A DNA stretch of 57,513 nt, the filler included, from Bipalium vagum (lineage: Eukaryota), in NCBI GenBank assembly GCA_037834085.1. It is 3 parts of 3 records of this genome, joined end to end, with 100 filler letters (N's around TTAATTAATTAA, not from the genome) between each part and the next. Parts side by side here need not be neighbours in the genome. Positions count along the whole stretch, not along the records: positions 21,439 to 41,532 come from JBBMKC010257904.1; positions 41,633 to 57,513 come from JBBMKC010140346.1; 1 more part is not named here. One strand, written 5' to 3'. Positions 38,731-51,900 of the stretch are shown here, piece by piece. Position 1 is the first letter of the stretch, and each line of letters starts with the position of its first letter. The position numbers were made by a program, and so were the translations under genes. Under the pieces are notes generated by a model that was given only the letters and a program-made list of their open reading frames with translations, made no database searches and was not told the origin of the DNA.

Positions 38731-39949
38731 AATTAGAAATTATCAACTATTAAGAATCACAATATCAGAAATCAATCGAATTGAAAAGAAACTATATTCT
38801 TATAATGTGAAATAGTATTGTAAATCAAATAAATCGTCAAATTTAAATTAAACCAATGGAAATGTCAAAAGATTTTCTGTGCTTTCAAGTGATATATAAA
38901 TTTACGCGTTCAAACCAACATGTGTTCAAAAAATCTGTTGTCAAGTTTGAATATATAAAAAACGCCATTATTTTATTTACCAATCTGATAATTAGAAAAT
39001 AACTAGCTAATAAAATGAAGGTAACGAACAACTGATTATCTTTGTTTGTTATCTTTACTTTGATGAAAGAGAAAACTGAGGAATTTCATTAATTATCATT
39101 ATTCATTCTGAAATGTACCTGATATATGTTTCAAAGAATTCAATTTATTGAATCACTTTCAATATCCTGGGTTTAGGGATTTAATCTTAAAGAAGCCTCA
39201 CACAAAAAGTAGAGTTAAAAATACCGTAACGATTTCCTACACAAATATCCCTATTGAAGCTGAGCATTATTGATGGTGATACGAATAAACGAGTAAGCTT
39301 TCCATCAATTTCTAAATGAAAATTGTCTTCAGGCAGAGATTACTCCAGTAAAATCTCATCGCCTTTTCTGTAATCATAAATCACCAACAAAAATAATGGG
39401 TGAATTAAAACAATTAAAAGTTCTTTCTAAGGAATCCATCGTAAATCAACTATACTCATTTTTAACATTTCAAATAGGAAATGCCGAATGATTTATCATT
39501 TGAGATTTCTCTTTGTAAAAGCAATATGATATATGCTAAGTCGAAATCTGAGACTCATTCTACCTGTACTGACATCATCTTCTATCTTAGATATTTACGA
39601 AATAATACTGTAAACAAAATTGTTTATCTGAAAAATCAAGTAAATATTCGAAATTCCAGAGATATTGTTTGTATGATTTATATTCATTGATCTAGAGAGA
39701 CAGTTCTGTGAAGCAGAAGAAAGAAAAAGGCTAATAGTTTGAAAAAGAATTATAACTCCTTCAGACTAATATTTTCAATTTAAATAATAATATTATTAAA
39801 TATTCAGTATAACGTTACGATATACGTGATAGTACTGAGATTCTTAAAGAATGAAATAATAAAGAAAAATCCATAATTATGTATATAAATACATAAATCG
39901 ATGAAATAATCTTTGTTTTAATAATTTATGCATTGTCTTTATTTAGAAC

Positions 39950-40300
39950 CAATTTTTATTAAAGCTCCGCAGGAAAAACAAATTTATGGAGCTGTGTGTT
40001 TTGCATGACAATGACCTGCACACACAATTGCACTTGCAATATCAACCATTGCTAGCTGCGAATTTGAAGTTCTCCGACATCCATTGTACAGTCCAAATTT
40101 GGTCTCATCAGATGTCTACCTCTTCAAATATCTTAAGAAGAACATGGTTGGTTAATAACTTGCGCACAGGATTTTAAAAAGTAACTTAGAAGAGTTATAT
40201 AAAGTTGTTTTAAAAAAGTGCTGCTACACGTAGTATTTTATTAATCAAGATTTATAAGTCGAGTTCAGTTTATCATTACAATAAGTAGAGACTATTTTGA
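39950..40300 (+). mobile_element. mariner C-terminal remnant
   Basis: LHDND, then EFEVLRHPLYSPNLVSSDVYLFKYLKK. Confidence 0.75.
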
Positions 40301-41633
40301 ACAGTTTAAAAGAAAATAACTGCCTTAATATATTTAAAGACAATAATTTATGTTTTGAATATAAGATTTCTGTACCATGCTGTTTCATTTATTAAAATTT
40401 TGCCAATTTATCTCGTCGATCCTGTAGAGAAAAATAAAACATGTAATTTACTTGTTATGTTACACAAATATTATAAAATTTATGTAATATCTCTTTCTGT
40501 GTTATTCTCACTACTTATCGAGCGGATTATGTAATTAATATTACTATTATTCAATAATATTAATATTTTCATTATGTTGGGTTTGCCAAAGGCAGGACTC
40601 TGATTAAGGCATACAATGTAAGGCAAAGATCGTAATATGGCCTGAATAATAACCATAATAGTAATAATAATAATAAAATGATTTTAAATATAAAAGTTAA
40701 TTTTTAATTAATAATATAATAATTAATAATATAATTTAGGTAATAATATTACTAACAATAAAATAATTCTAAAAAAAAATAAAATTGTTTTTTATATCTG
40801 AACAAGCCTAGATTATATAAAGTCCACAATTAGGGACTTTTTTAAAAAGGTTTAAAAGGAAAATAGACTTCCCGCAAATGTCGACTGGCCAACGACTGAG
40901 TAATCAGCAGATCAACATATAAAAAATGGAGTCATCTATGGACCTCCACAGAACAAATTATTGTTAGGATTAGTTTACTTGTTGAAGAAATCTTTCAGTT
41001 GTTATTTATCGTTGGAAGAACAATCCGAAGAAATTATTCAGTATAGTTATTCATCTTGTCCTGGTGGGTCGTATATAGTTGTATAGCCGTTTATATATCA
41101 TAATATATATAGTCGTCTGTATCAGATGACCCAGAAACCCATTGCTCACAGCTGGTGAGTGACTTCTTTAGTATTTTTGAACTTAGCTTATTATCGTTCC
41201 TTTTAAAATCGATTTAATTGGTCAGTGATTATTATTGAAATTTGATAATTCAATATTTTGTTTGATTTTGTTATTTGAGAATTCCATTATTTTATTTGGA
41301 CAATTCCATATTCGATTTTGTTGGTTTTTATGGTTTGATCATTGTGACAATTTGAATTCGGTATCATTGTTTGATTTGTTGATCGTGAAACTTTAACAAG
41401 AAGATTGTAATATCGTATTGATCCAAAAGGCTTTGTGTGATTATTTTGTTTCATTTTTATAGGGACACATTAATAACATTAAGTTAAAGAGTCAGTAAAT
41501 TTTGAGCTTAGAGTTACACACACACACATATANNNNNNNNNNNNNNNNNNNNNNNNNNNNNNNNNNNNNNNNNNNNTTAATTAATTAANNNNNNNNNNNN
41601 NNNNNNNNNNNNNNNNNNNNNNNNNNNNNNNNA

Positions 41634-41701
41634 TATAATATAATATAATATAATATAATATAATATAATATAATATAATATAATATAATATAATATAATA
41701 T
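41634..41701. repeat. (ATAAT)n pentanucleotide microsatellite at a gap edge
   Basis: About 13 units. A short (CA)n lies on the other side of the gap at 41516-41529. Confidence 0.9.
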
Positions 41702-42579
41702 TTTTTAGTATATAAATAATAATTCTCATCCAAAGTCAAAATTTGTTTAAATGAATAAAAAAATCTAATCTTATTTCATTACGTCGATAAATAACGCAAC
41801 GAAAAATCAAGCCTTCATATATTAATGAAACGGAATTTCTGGGAAAACTATTAAAAGATTTTATTTGAGAAAGGAAAATTATTTGAAAAAAATTTATTTT
41901 TCCAGTTGGAATTAGAAATTGTTTAACTTTATTGATTTGATGTTTGAACAATGATCATATTATTACTATTACTATGATTATACATTACTTTGTACGTTAT
42001 ACTTTAAAGTGAATGTTGAAAGCAGCGCTTTTTATTCATCTTTTAAACCATGAAATAGTTTGTGATAATTTTCTCATTGTCTAGAAGGAAATCTGCAATA
42101 CTAATTGCTATTCATACTTTACTACTATTCAGGCCTTGCCATCTTGATAGCAATTATGCTTAGTTTTCTCGACTCCTGTGTGGAAATCTCTCTCATTCTA
42201 ACGTTAAATATATTCTTAAGCTGTAAAATTTTCTAATTATCACAATCTCAAAGAGCTCTAAAACACGATATAGGAGTGACATAAAATCCTTATTATTTCC
42301 CTGTTCAAGGATCTTGCCTGGGATCAAAATAGCATACAGTTGCATTTGGTTTTAAAATGTAAGGACAATATAAACGCAAAATATTAATTAAATTCTTTTC
42401 TATATTTCTTTGATTTTTTTTTCAATTTAGGAATGTTTTAAACAATTACAATGGTGGCGGAATTAGTTTTAATTTCTCCCCTTAATTAAACTGAATTACA
42501 AATATTAGGTTGAGGGAAAAATATTGTCGCTTTGTCATCTCACAAATCTAAAGTCGATAAGTCACTATAAAAATTTTTT

Positions 42580-42940
42580 AAAAATCAAAATATTAACCAT
42601 TGGCATCTACAACACTTTGTAAACGTCATACCGTTTCTGAAAAAGTTAGGGTCACTGGAATCAATAAAAGAAGCGAAGGTATGTTGAACATCATCCTGAT
42701 TTTTGAACTGCTTATTTAATATTAGATATGTGCTTTGAACAGTTTCTTTTGTCCGGGATGTTCTTTATCTTCCACACTAAAATCCCTCTTTTTGAAATGT
42801 AAAAACCATTTTTTACAAGTTGCCCCATAAGCTTCAACAAGTATTCTGTTAGTTTCGGCAGCTGATTTTCTGATATTGAAATGAAACAGCATCACTGTAG
42901 TCACAAATGGAGATTATTTGGTATATATTCAGCTATCTAA
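42580..42940 (-). mobile_element. internally deleted mariner (Mos1-like HTH joined to the C-terminus)
   Basis: MLFHFNIRKSAAETNRILVEAYG...KKWF..FKKRDFSVEDKEHPGQ followed by SFIDSSDPNFFRNGM. Confidence 0.8.
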
Positions 42941-43699
42941 AAGGATATGAAAAAAAAATTTGTTAATATAAGAAAAGTTTTTCTGAATAATTCTGAACAA
43001 TATTTACACTAACTAAAATCAATTAATTCGTTTAAACAAGTAAATTATTTTTATCGATAGACTTATTTTCAAGACTTGCTTTCAACGCACATGTCTAATA
43101 TTACAAGTATTTATATATATGGAGTTTTTTAAAAATCTCGTGATAAAGATTGAAAAATCCTTAGACTGTACCACAAATAATAACGTAAAGTATCTCTTTA
43201 CGTAAACTCATTATCTCCAATTATCGACCTTGTAGTTAAACTCCATAGAAAGTAATTAAAACCCTATTCTTATTTCTGAATATTATTTTATAACGAAGCA
43301 CAGAGATCTTCATAAATATGTTACGTATTTTAAATCTAGTACTTACAACTAATAACAAGACTTATTATTTCCCCAATTATTTTTTGTTGACGAGTTATTA
43401 CTAACTTAATTAAGCATCTGTTAGTTAATTCTTGAATTATCAGTGCAATCTTATCTAAATCATTGTTATACAAATGTCTGCTAATAAATGATAACAATGG
43501 AAAATGTTTAGTGAAGAATTCAAACAAAAGAGAGTAGTGTGCAGAGCATCGGTCAAACATTTTAAAGTAGTTAATTAATAAAATTAAATATTATCTGAAA
43601 CCAATGACATCTGGAACGTTAAAGATTTTATGGTTTTTACAAAATGATATATTTATCCTTATTTAATATGCCGTATCAGGTGACGAAAAACATTGGGGC

Positions 43700-44020
43700 G
43701 TTTTTTTAAACACAGATTTCCATAAATATTGTTGAGGTTGTTATTATAGATAGTGTTTGTATTTTTTTATGATTTAGTATTACCAAGGTCAATTCCCGAC
43801 TAGGAAGCTCTATATGACTTTCTGGGGCATCAGTATCAACTTTTGATGGTCTTCCTGATATGAGCTGATAATGAAGACCAAAATTACCTTTTTTCGCGTG
43901 TGGCAAGACTGAGGGAACCTGAAAAATGGACATAAATCTTTCTGTGAACCTCCCTTGCATCGGAATCAATTTGATATTCGTATGACATATTCGTGTAATA
44001 CCTAATACGCAGTTTGTCAA
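43700..44020 (-). mobile_element. mariner N-terminal remnant
   Basis: KKGNFGLHYQLISGRPSKVDTDAPESHIE resembles FxxGDFxLEDxxRSGRPSxVDxDxLxxxIE. Confidence 0.6.
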
Positions 44021-44379
44021 ACGACATGGTCAAATAATCAATATACAGGTCGTCCCATAAGTTACAACTAATTTTTATAAAAGGGACTAATTTAAGAAGA
44101 TATTTCCAAAATTATTTTACATATCAAAACAATTTTTGGAAACAAATATTATAGTCAATGAGCACAGTAACACAAATAAATCATCAAATGCATCTATGTA
44201 TTACACATAACAGTGTAAAATTACTAAACATTACACCCAAAGATGTTCTTTAAATACTGAATAAACACATTTGAAATTTAACCTTATTTTAACAACGTCA
44301 AAATTGGTTAAAATCAGTTATAATTTCCGTAAAGACCTTCGTTCCAACCTTATACTTCTCATTGACATTTTAGTCGAAT

Positions 44380-45335
44380 AATTAGAGTTTTCAAATTGAA
44401 AGTTCGTTTTTCTTACAAAATTTCAACTTTTTTATACAAATAACAAAACGAGGTCAAGCATATATTCTCCATTTTATCTGCAACTTCTTCCCAAAGTTTG
44501 ATCAAACTTTCGATACCATTGCCAGACAAGGACTGGGTTTTTCTTTAAAGAACTGTCAGATCAGTTTCCATATCATGAATCTTGTCAAACTTTTTGACAC
44601 AGGAAATGTAATGATCGGAAAAAATAGAAGCCCGAAGGCCTGATGTCTGAGCTATGTGGAGACTAAGACATTATTTCCCACTGAAAGGCTTTTAGCTTTT
44701 GCACTGAGTGGCCTAGCACCGCCGTGATGAAAAATTATTTTGTGTCTGTTGACCAACGAAGGACGTTTTACAATTAATCCATCTCTCACGCGGTCAGAAT
44801 TTTACAATTTACATAGGAATTTATTGTTTGACCCATTTCCAATAATTCAAAGTGAATCAATCCTTTGCAATCCTAGAAGACACTCAATAAAACCTGGGTG
44901 AAATGCTGCTTCCGTTTCTATGAGAGCCTTAAGCACATTATTATACACCACAGATTGCCGATGCCCTCGTGATTTGTTCTCTAAACTGAGAACACCAATG
45001 CGCAACCGGTCGAACCATTTTTGCTCTTTGAGAACATTAAGCATTTCACCGTAAATATTATTGATATTCTTGGTGGAAACAGTGGCATTTGATCCACATT
45101 TAAACTCATACAGGATACAATGCCAAATATATTTAGGAAATTTTCATTCATTTCTAAAAACATTAAATAAATTTAATACGACCAATCTTTTAAATTATTG
45201 TTTATACTTGACATTGATCTTGATTTTAAATTGATTTTAAAAGTTTTTCCCATTATTATCGATGATATAAACAATATTACAACAGCGGTATTAAATATTA
45301 TTACAAAACGAACTTTCAATTTGAAAACCCTAATA
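44380..45335 (-). mobile_element. internally deleted mariner with ~30-bp TIRs
   Basis: TIRs ATTAG(A/G)GTTTTCAAATTGAAA(A)GTTCGTTTT. Coding remnants QKWFDRLRIGVLSLENKSRGHR, RPSLVNRHKIIFHHGGARPL and GIESLIKLWEEV. Confidence 0.85.
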
Positions 45336-46467
45336 ATTGGGTCATATTAAAATATGAGAAAAATAATTGAAAAATTTTTGACGTACTTTGAGCCAATTTC
45401 CGAGAGTATGAGAAATAATTCGAACCAAAGCTGATATGTAAAGGACAGCTTAAAACATTGTCAGGTCCAGTTTTCTCTATCCACAGCAAGTGAAAAGTAT
45501 ATCTTGGATTTCTGTGGAATTTTCCAGCTCATATCGCTTAACTCTGAGTGCTCTCCGACTTCTGTGATGTTTTTCTCCACTTCTCATTCATATTGTAAAT
45601 TAATTTTCTGAGATGAAGCTCCGAACGGGAAACTCATTAATGGTATTATCGTCTTAGTCTTTCAATTTTTTGTCCCTTCACCTGTTGATTTCACCTGGAA
45701 CTTCTTTTTCTATGTTAAGTATAGAATAACTTAAGATAATCCCGATAATTTTTGTTGAAGATCTTAATTAATATATGGGACTTTTTAAAAAATTACTTTC
45801 GTATCTTATATATCCATTTCTTGAGCAAGTCTGCTATCTAATTCCCACTGCGCAACGTTACCTTGCTTTTTAAAGTGAATCAAAACCTTAATGAAAAATA
45901 TCTCTTTTGATCGATCAAAGAACGTTTATGAGAAAAAGTGAGCTTCATCTGCATTTCCATATCCATATTCACATAAATTTCAAAAGAAAAGAAAATCAAC
46001 GAAAATTTTATATTATTTCATAAATTGAGAACCTTCTGCGTCGCGTTATTTATTATTCCTCATAATTTTAAGAATTAAATTAAATTAATTGTAATCGTTT
46101 TTTTGTTTAAATTGAAAAAATTTAATCTTTGTGGAAAATGCTTTTAATATTTATTTCCACTAATCATATTGCAGTTAATATATTAAATAAAATTAAATAA
46201 TTCCTAAAAGCACTTTATTGTTAAAAGGAAATTTTAATTTAGAGGCTGGAACAATTATCACTAGCAGACCAATTTGACTGCTGATCGAAATTGCTCTCAT
46301 TTTAATTCAGAGTTTACAATAGGAATTTGTTAATTAAATGAAAACTATTTAATGATTTATTTTCTCCATAAATTTAAAAAATAATAACAAATTTTCTACT
46401 TAATAATGATTAGTTTCAGAGAAAAGCTTTAGAATAATGGGCAATTAGGGCAGTGTATCAATAAGAA

Positions 46468-47808
46468 ATTATTGGGGCGGTGAAAAGTCCACAAAGTCAA
46501 AATGTGCAAGTTAGGCCATTTTATAGAAATATTTCGAAAAATGATAACAGAATTCTTATATCGAACCCCCTAAGGGAGTTACAAAGTCAAAATTCCAATT
46601 TTAAGCTTTAACATTTTATGTAAAGCTTTAAATGAATCATTTTAAACAATTTTAAATTTCTTATTTACGTAATCAAATCGTGATAAGTCGTAATATTATT
46701 TATTCCATTTCAAATATTATCTAGCATAACATTTAGCATTTTCAGTGCTGTTTATTGAGTTAAAAATTAAGGTATATTCTTCTGCACTTGTTGACATACT
46801 AAATAAGATTGAACGCTCAAAGAATATATTCATTGAAATTCAATGCTCAATGAAGCTATCAAGAAATTGCGGTTTATTTAAGGATGCCTAGAAATACAGT
46901 TACTAAATGTTTTCAACGACTGCAAAAAAGTCATGCCCCACAGAAGAGTAAAAGATTAAATTGTGGAAGCAGTAAAATAAAGTGAGCAAGATGAACGCTA
47001 TATCATACAAAATTATGAAGCTAATCGGTTTAGAAGTACTATCAAAATACAAGTCAATTACCTCTGATATTTTTGGACAAACTGTGAGTAGACGGCTTTG
47101 TGAAAATGAACTATGTACGTATAAACATGCGCGGAAACGGAAACTGAATCAAAGATCGAAAGATCGAAGAAGTAAGTGGGCCCTCAATCACAAAGTCTTA
47201 GATGAGTGATCTTGCACTGATGAATGTAGCTTTTCATTACGGACTGATGCTTATCAGTATGTGCGTCAACATTTAGGAGTATGATATAGTGAAAAATGTG
47301 TACTTACTCATTTAAATCGAAGCAGAGGCAATTGTATGATTTGTGGTGCTTTCTCTAAATGACTATACACTACTGTATCGAGTTAAAGGTAGAGGGTATA
47401 ATTCAAAAAGTATCAACAAGTTCATATAAATACTCTACTGCCATTAATATACAAAATCTTATGAAATGAAGGTCAATTTCAACAAGACAATGCTCCTGCA
47501 CATGCCCCCAGATCAACAATCGAAAATGTTTGTTGTCTTACGGGACTGCGTTCCGAAACGAGATTATGAGTTCTCAACTGACAGTGACCAGTTATTCTCT
47601 ACAATGAAGAAAATATGGAATGACTTAATGAGTAGCACACAATATGGCCTTATTTTGATTGAATCCATGATTGACCGAGTTAAAACTTTGTATTACATTC
47701 TGGTGGTACTAGTTATTATATAAAACAAGTTGTTAGTTTGTTTATTTCAAAAAATGTGAAAATATATGTATTTAAACAGTTGTGTACTTTTCATTGTCCA
47801 CGACTGTA
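46468..47808 (+). mobile_element. decayed Tc1-family element
   Basis: HTH LGMPRNTV, QTVSRRLCENEL...ARKRKL..RSKWA, TDECSF and FQQDNAPAH. Right end TTGTGTACTTTTCATTGTCCACGACTG-TA, with a degenerate left match TGAAAAGTCCACAA. Confidence 0.85.
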
Positions 47809-48589
47809 TTTTATGAACATTAGAATAATTATTAAAGAAAAATTAAAACATTTCAAATCTTAATTATTAAATACTAATTTAATATATTGGCAATATATAT
47901 TATTATATTATTAGGATTATTTCTAAAAATATGATAAGGTCAATAGAAATTTTACAAAATTTTAACGAATTAATATTAATAAATTCCAATTAATTTAATT
48001 TGTAAGTCTCAGTCATAATTTATAATTTACTGAATTAAAAAAAGAAAATTGTTTGAATAAAAAGTTGAATATTGATTTATTATCTATTAAACATAATATC
48101 AATACCAGTTAAATTAATATTTAAAATGTTAATCACAATCAATATTAAATCAAAAATGGAATTAAAATCTATTTTTATTCAGAATTTCCTTCAAAAATGA
48201 AAATTTCTTTCCAATATTGTTTATTTTTTCGAATAATTTTTAGAGAAAAAAACATTTTTAAATGATTTTAATTTAATTTATTTAAAAATATTTGAAATGT
48301 GATTAAAATTATCTAGTCCATTTAATACTAAAATTTTTCACATTCATTTATCTTTGTTGTTGTTATTTTATTTCCTAACAAAAGTTTCTTACAGCAAAAC
48401 GGTAATTTATACTCCATAGATATCTATTTGAAAAAAATTAAATTAGATAAATAAATAAATAAATAATTTTTCAATTAAATTTTTAAACTAAATATTAAAT
48501 TTGCACAGACATTAAATATTAAATATTGATCTTTGCGAAGATGCAATACGGTGAAATAAATAATAAATAATAATCAAAAGATATGTATT

Positions 48590-48826
48590 TTTGATTACCT
48601 CTATAATTTCATCTTGACTTAAATTGTGTAAGAATCCTGTTGTATTAGATAACCAGGCAACGGTCGTCATGTTGCTCTGTTGTTGGATCCCAGTAACCGA
48701 AAGGGAGTTTCGTTTTCCATAAAAAGCCCTTGAAGAATAAGAAGAACACCAGACGACCGATCCAGATCTCTGTGACTAAGGACTCGAACCTCGATGAAGG
48801 AATGTTGTTGTAATAAATAAATTTTT
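48590..48826. repeat. second copy of the dispersed repeat at 28765-29000
   Basis: See the 28765-29000 feature. Confidence 0.65.
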
Positions 48827-51339
48827 ATACTTCACAGATTCCATTTGAAAAAGTGTTTAATCTAATTTAATTTTTAATTAATTAATTAATTTTTCAATTA
48901 AATTTTCAATTAAATTTTCAAGATATTTTTTCATATGATAAAAACGACACTTTAAATATGATTGTAAAGATGGCGACGTATCTTCGAAGTTTAACATTAA
49001 TTATATATAATTATATATAATATATTAATAATAATATTTCTTGTTTTTTTTTAATTTTGGCATACAATTATTTTCTTCCGCTTGATAATTATTAAATATA
49101 ATGTCCACTAAAATGTAATGCAAAAAATATTCGTGAAAGACATCTTTATGAGCACTTGTCTTATTCTGTAAAAGTTAATTTTAGTCTTTCCTGAGATGAA
49201 CGATCATAATTTATGGAATTTAATAAAAAATAAATCGTCTTTAATTAATTAAAATATAAATTTTAACCAATTATTATTTATTATACGAAATAAAAGAAAT
49301 TCGAGGATAAACCATTGACCATGTCGAAGATTCTTGGACGAGAACGCATTGATTTTTGTTATTGAGCCAAAGTGCGCCAAAAAAGGTTTTGATTGTCAAA
49401 TAGAAAATATCAAAAATATTTTAGATTAATATCTCAAACCGTAAAATATATTGTGCCTAAATCCGTTTTAGAGATGAACAGAAAAAATAATAATCTTTCA
49501 TTACTGTAATTTCATCGTATTACTTAAGTCTTTTCAACTGCAAGATTAACATCATTTGCGGTCACATAGTTGGACTAAGAATTCAGTCGAAATTCATTCT
49601 TTTTTTGCCGATAAATCATGATAAACCTAAAAATATTAATGATAATTTATTAATAATAACTCCATAATAATAGGCAAAGTAAAACAACAACAACAATAAT
49701 AAAAATAAATTCTAAATGATAATTTTATTAATAAAAAATAACAAGTTTTCTTTTTTGTCTAATTATGAGAATGAATGTCCACCCTAAGAAGGCTTGAAGG
49801 GAATACAATTCATTATTTAGGCAGGTAATGTTGGCTGTCATTAAGAGGTTGTTAATTTTTATTTTCTAGCGCTATGTGGCTCATTAATTTGCAGCAATGA
49901 CTTCTGCTATCCTAATGATACGGGACTGTTTCCTGTTAAATATCAAAATTCTGGCAAAAAATTTAAAGTATCGTAACCATAACAGAATAAATTTAAACAA
50001 AATCCAGAATTGTTGTACTTTAAATAAATTTCAACCGGAAAATGAGTTTTCAGCTCTAGGAGTATTTTATATATACAGATATCCCAGAGATCAAAACAGA
50101 GTATAGAAATCGTTAAAATATTTTGGATCGAAAAACAGTGGAATGAATTGATTAAAGTTGTTGGACGAATTTCTGATTTTTGTTGAAAAGAGTTGAGCAA
50201 ATAATTAGATTACAGACAGTGAAACAAATATTTTGAATCTGAATTTCCATCTTGTTTCGGTATGTTGTCCTATAACTTTCCATGGAGTTGTGCCGATAGG
50301 AAATGACTCGATAAGGAAACTCTTAGTTGGTCCAGGAGTCTAGTATTTATCTTCCAGTTCGCTGAGACGTTCTGTTTATTATTTTTTCGCTGTCATTTGT
50401 TTTATTTACTTATCATCAATACTATTTGTCATTATATAATTTGTTTTATTAGTTGACATTATTTTTTTGGATTGACTTATACTAAATTATTATCATTTCA
50501 ATCATTACTGTTTTCGTTAGTATAATCGGTATTGGTGTTTTATTGGTGGTGTATTGCCGAGAGTTGAACAACATGCAGACAGAGAGATTTAATAAATCTA
50601 AATACTGTTATACGTTATATAGTTTACTCACAGGTTTACTGTAGAACCCGATCATAATAAAATATCGTGAGTCAGATGAAACTATCCAGTAAAATTAAAA
50701 TAGTACCCCTGACTTAACTTGATCATTTAATATATAAATAAACATGTGCCAGATAAATAAAAAAGGATTCCTTAACCTAATGATTTTAAAATATAAATAA
50801 AAATCCAATTTTATATGAGGTTGTAACTGGCTCGTTACCAAAGATTGACTCAGACTTAATTCTAATGGAATTTGTTCATTTTTTTTTGGTCTGAAAATTA
50901 TTACAAGTATTTTTCTGGAACATTAAAAATACTCCAATTTTAAGTATAAATTAAAAATTGAATGCGATCATATCGAAATCAAAAAATCACCTGAAACTTC
51001 AAACAATACTTTGTTTTAATCATTTTAAAATATTTCCGGAAAATTTAAGAATGGTCTCTATTGAAAGTTGGATAAATAAAAATAATTTTTAGAACTCTCA
51101 CATTTGTTTAAATGACAAAAATTGACAATGTGAAATATTTTTCTTCAATAAAAATTATAACATTTCGTGTATCTATTTTTAGCACAAGTTTAACTCAAAA
51201 ATTTCAAAGCAAGTGCAAGACATTTGAAAGCGATTGGTAAAGATAAAAAGAAGTTCAGCGATGAGTTTTCCATTTATTAAACTAATTATAAAGTAATAAG
51301 CTTCTTAAAAATTGTAATTTTTTGTTTGTTAAGCTGTGA

Positions 51340-51900
51340 CAGGGATCCGTTTTTCAATCGTCACATAACAATTAATGGAAAATGGATTCTTCACAATAAT
51401 TGAAGGCATTCAGCGCTGTGGGTAAATGTCGATCAATCTCTGTTTTCTTTCTGAAACTTGCTTTGCACGCTGATAAAATAAAACGTACCCCTTGGTGGTC
51501 TATTGTTGGTATCATACCTTTTTCCTTGCTAAATCCCGACGAGAGTATCACAGCTGACACTTTCAGCTGGGATCTATAAATTTTTGTTCCAAAAATTAAG
51601 CATTAAGCAACTTTCAACGGAAAAAGAGTAATTCTACTGCATAATACGTGTATATGTATATACACATGATACATATATGCCAAAATCTTTGCAAAAGCTA
51701 ACTTAACGAGAGACAGTAAGTTCACAGACCTGGAACCGACAGATCAAAATTTCTTTAATTATCTCTGTAATTTCTGGTCAAGAAAGTCTTTACAAGTCGA
51801 AAGGGTATCGAAATGAGTATCTTAAACCTTATCACTTCTAAAAGACATATTTTTACTTTGTTGAACGCAGTGATGACTTTTTAAATTAAATATCTTTAAT
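51340..51900 (+). mobile_element. mariner DDD-domain remnant
   Basis: DPFFNRHITINGKWILHNN; WWSIVGIIPFSLLNPDESITAD; VILLHN; SSQTWN/DLEPTD region. Confidence 0.8.
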
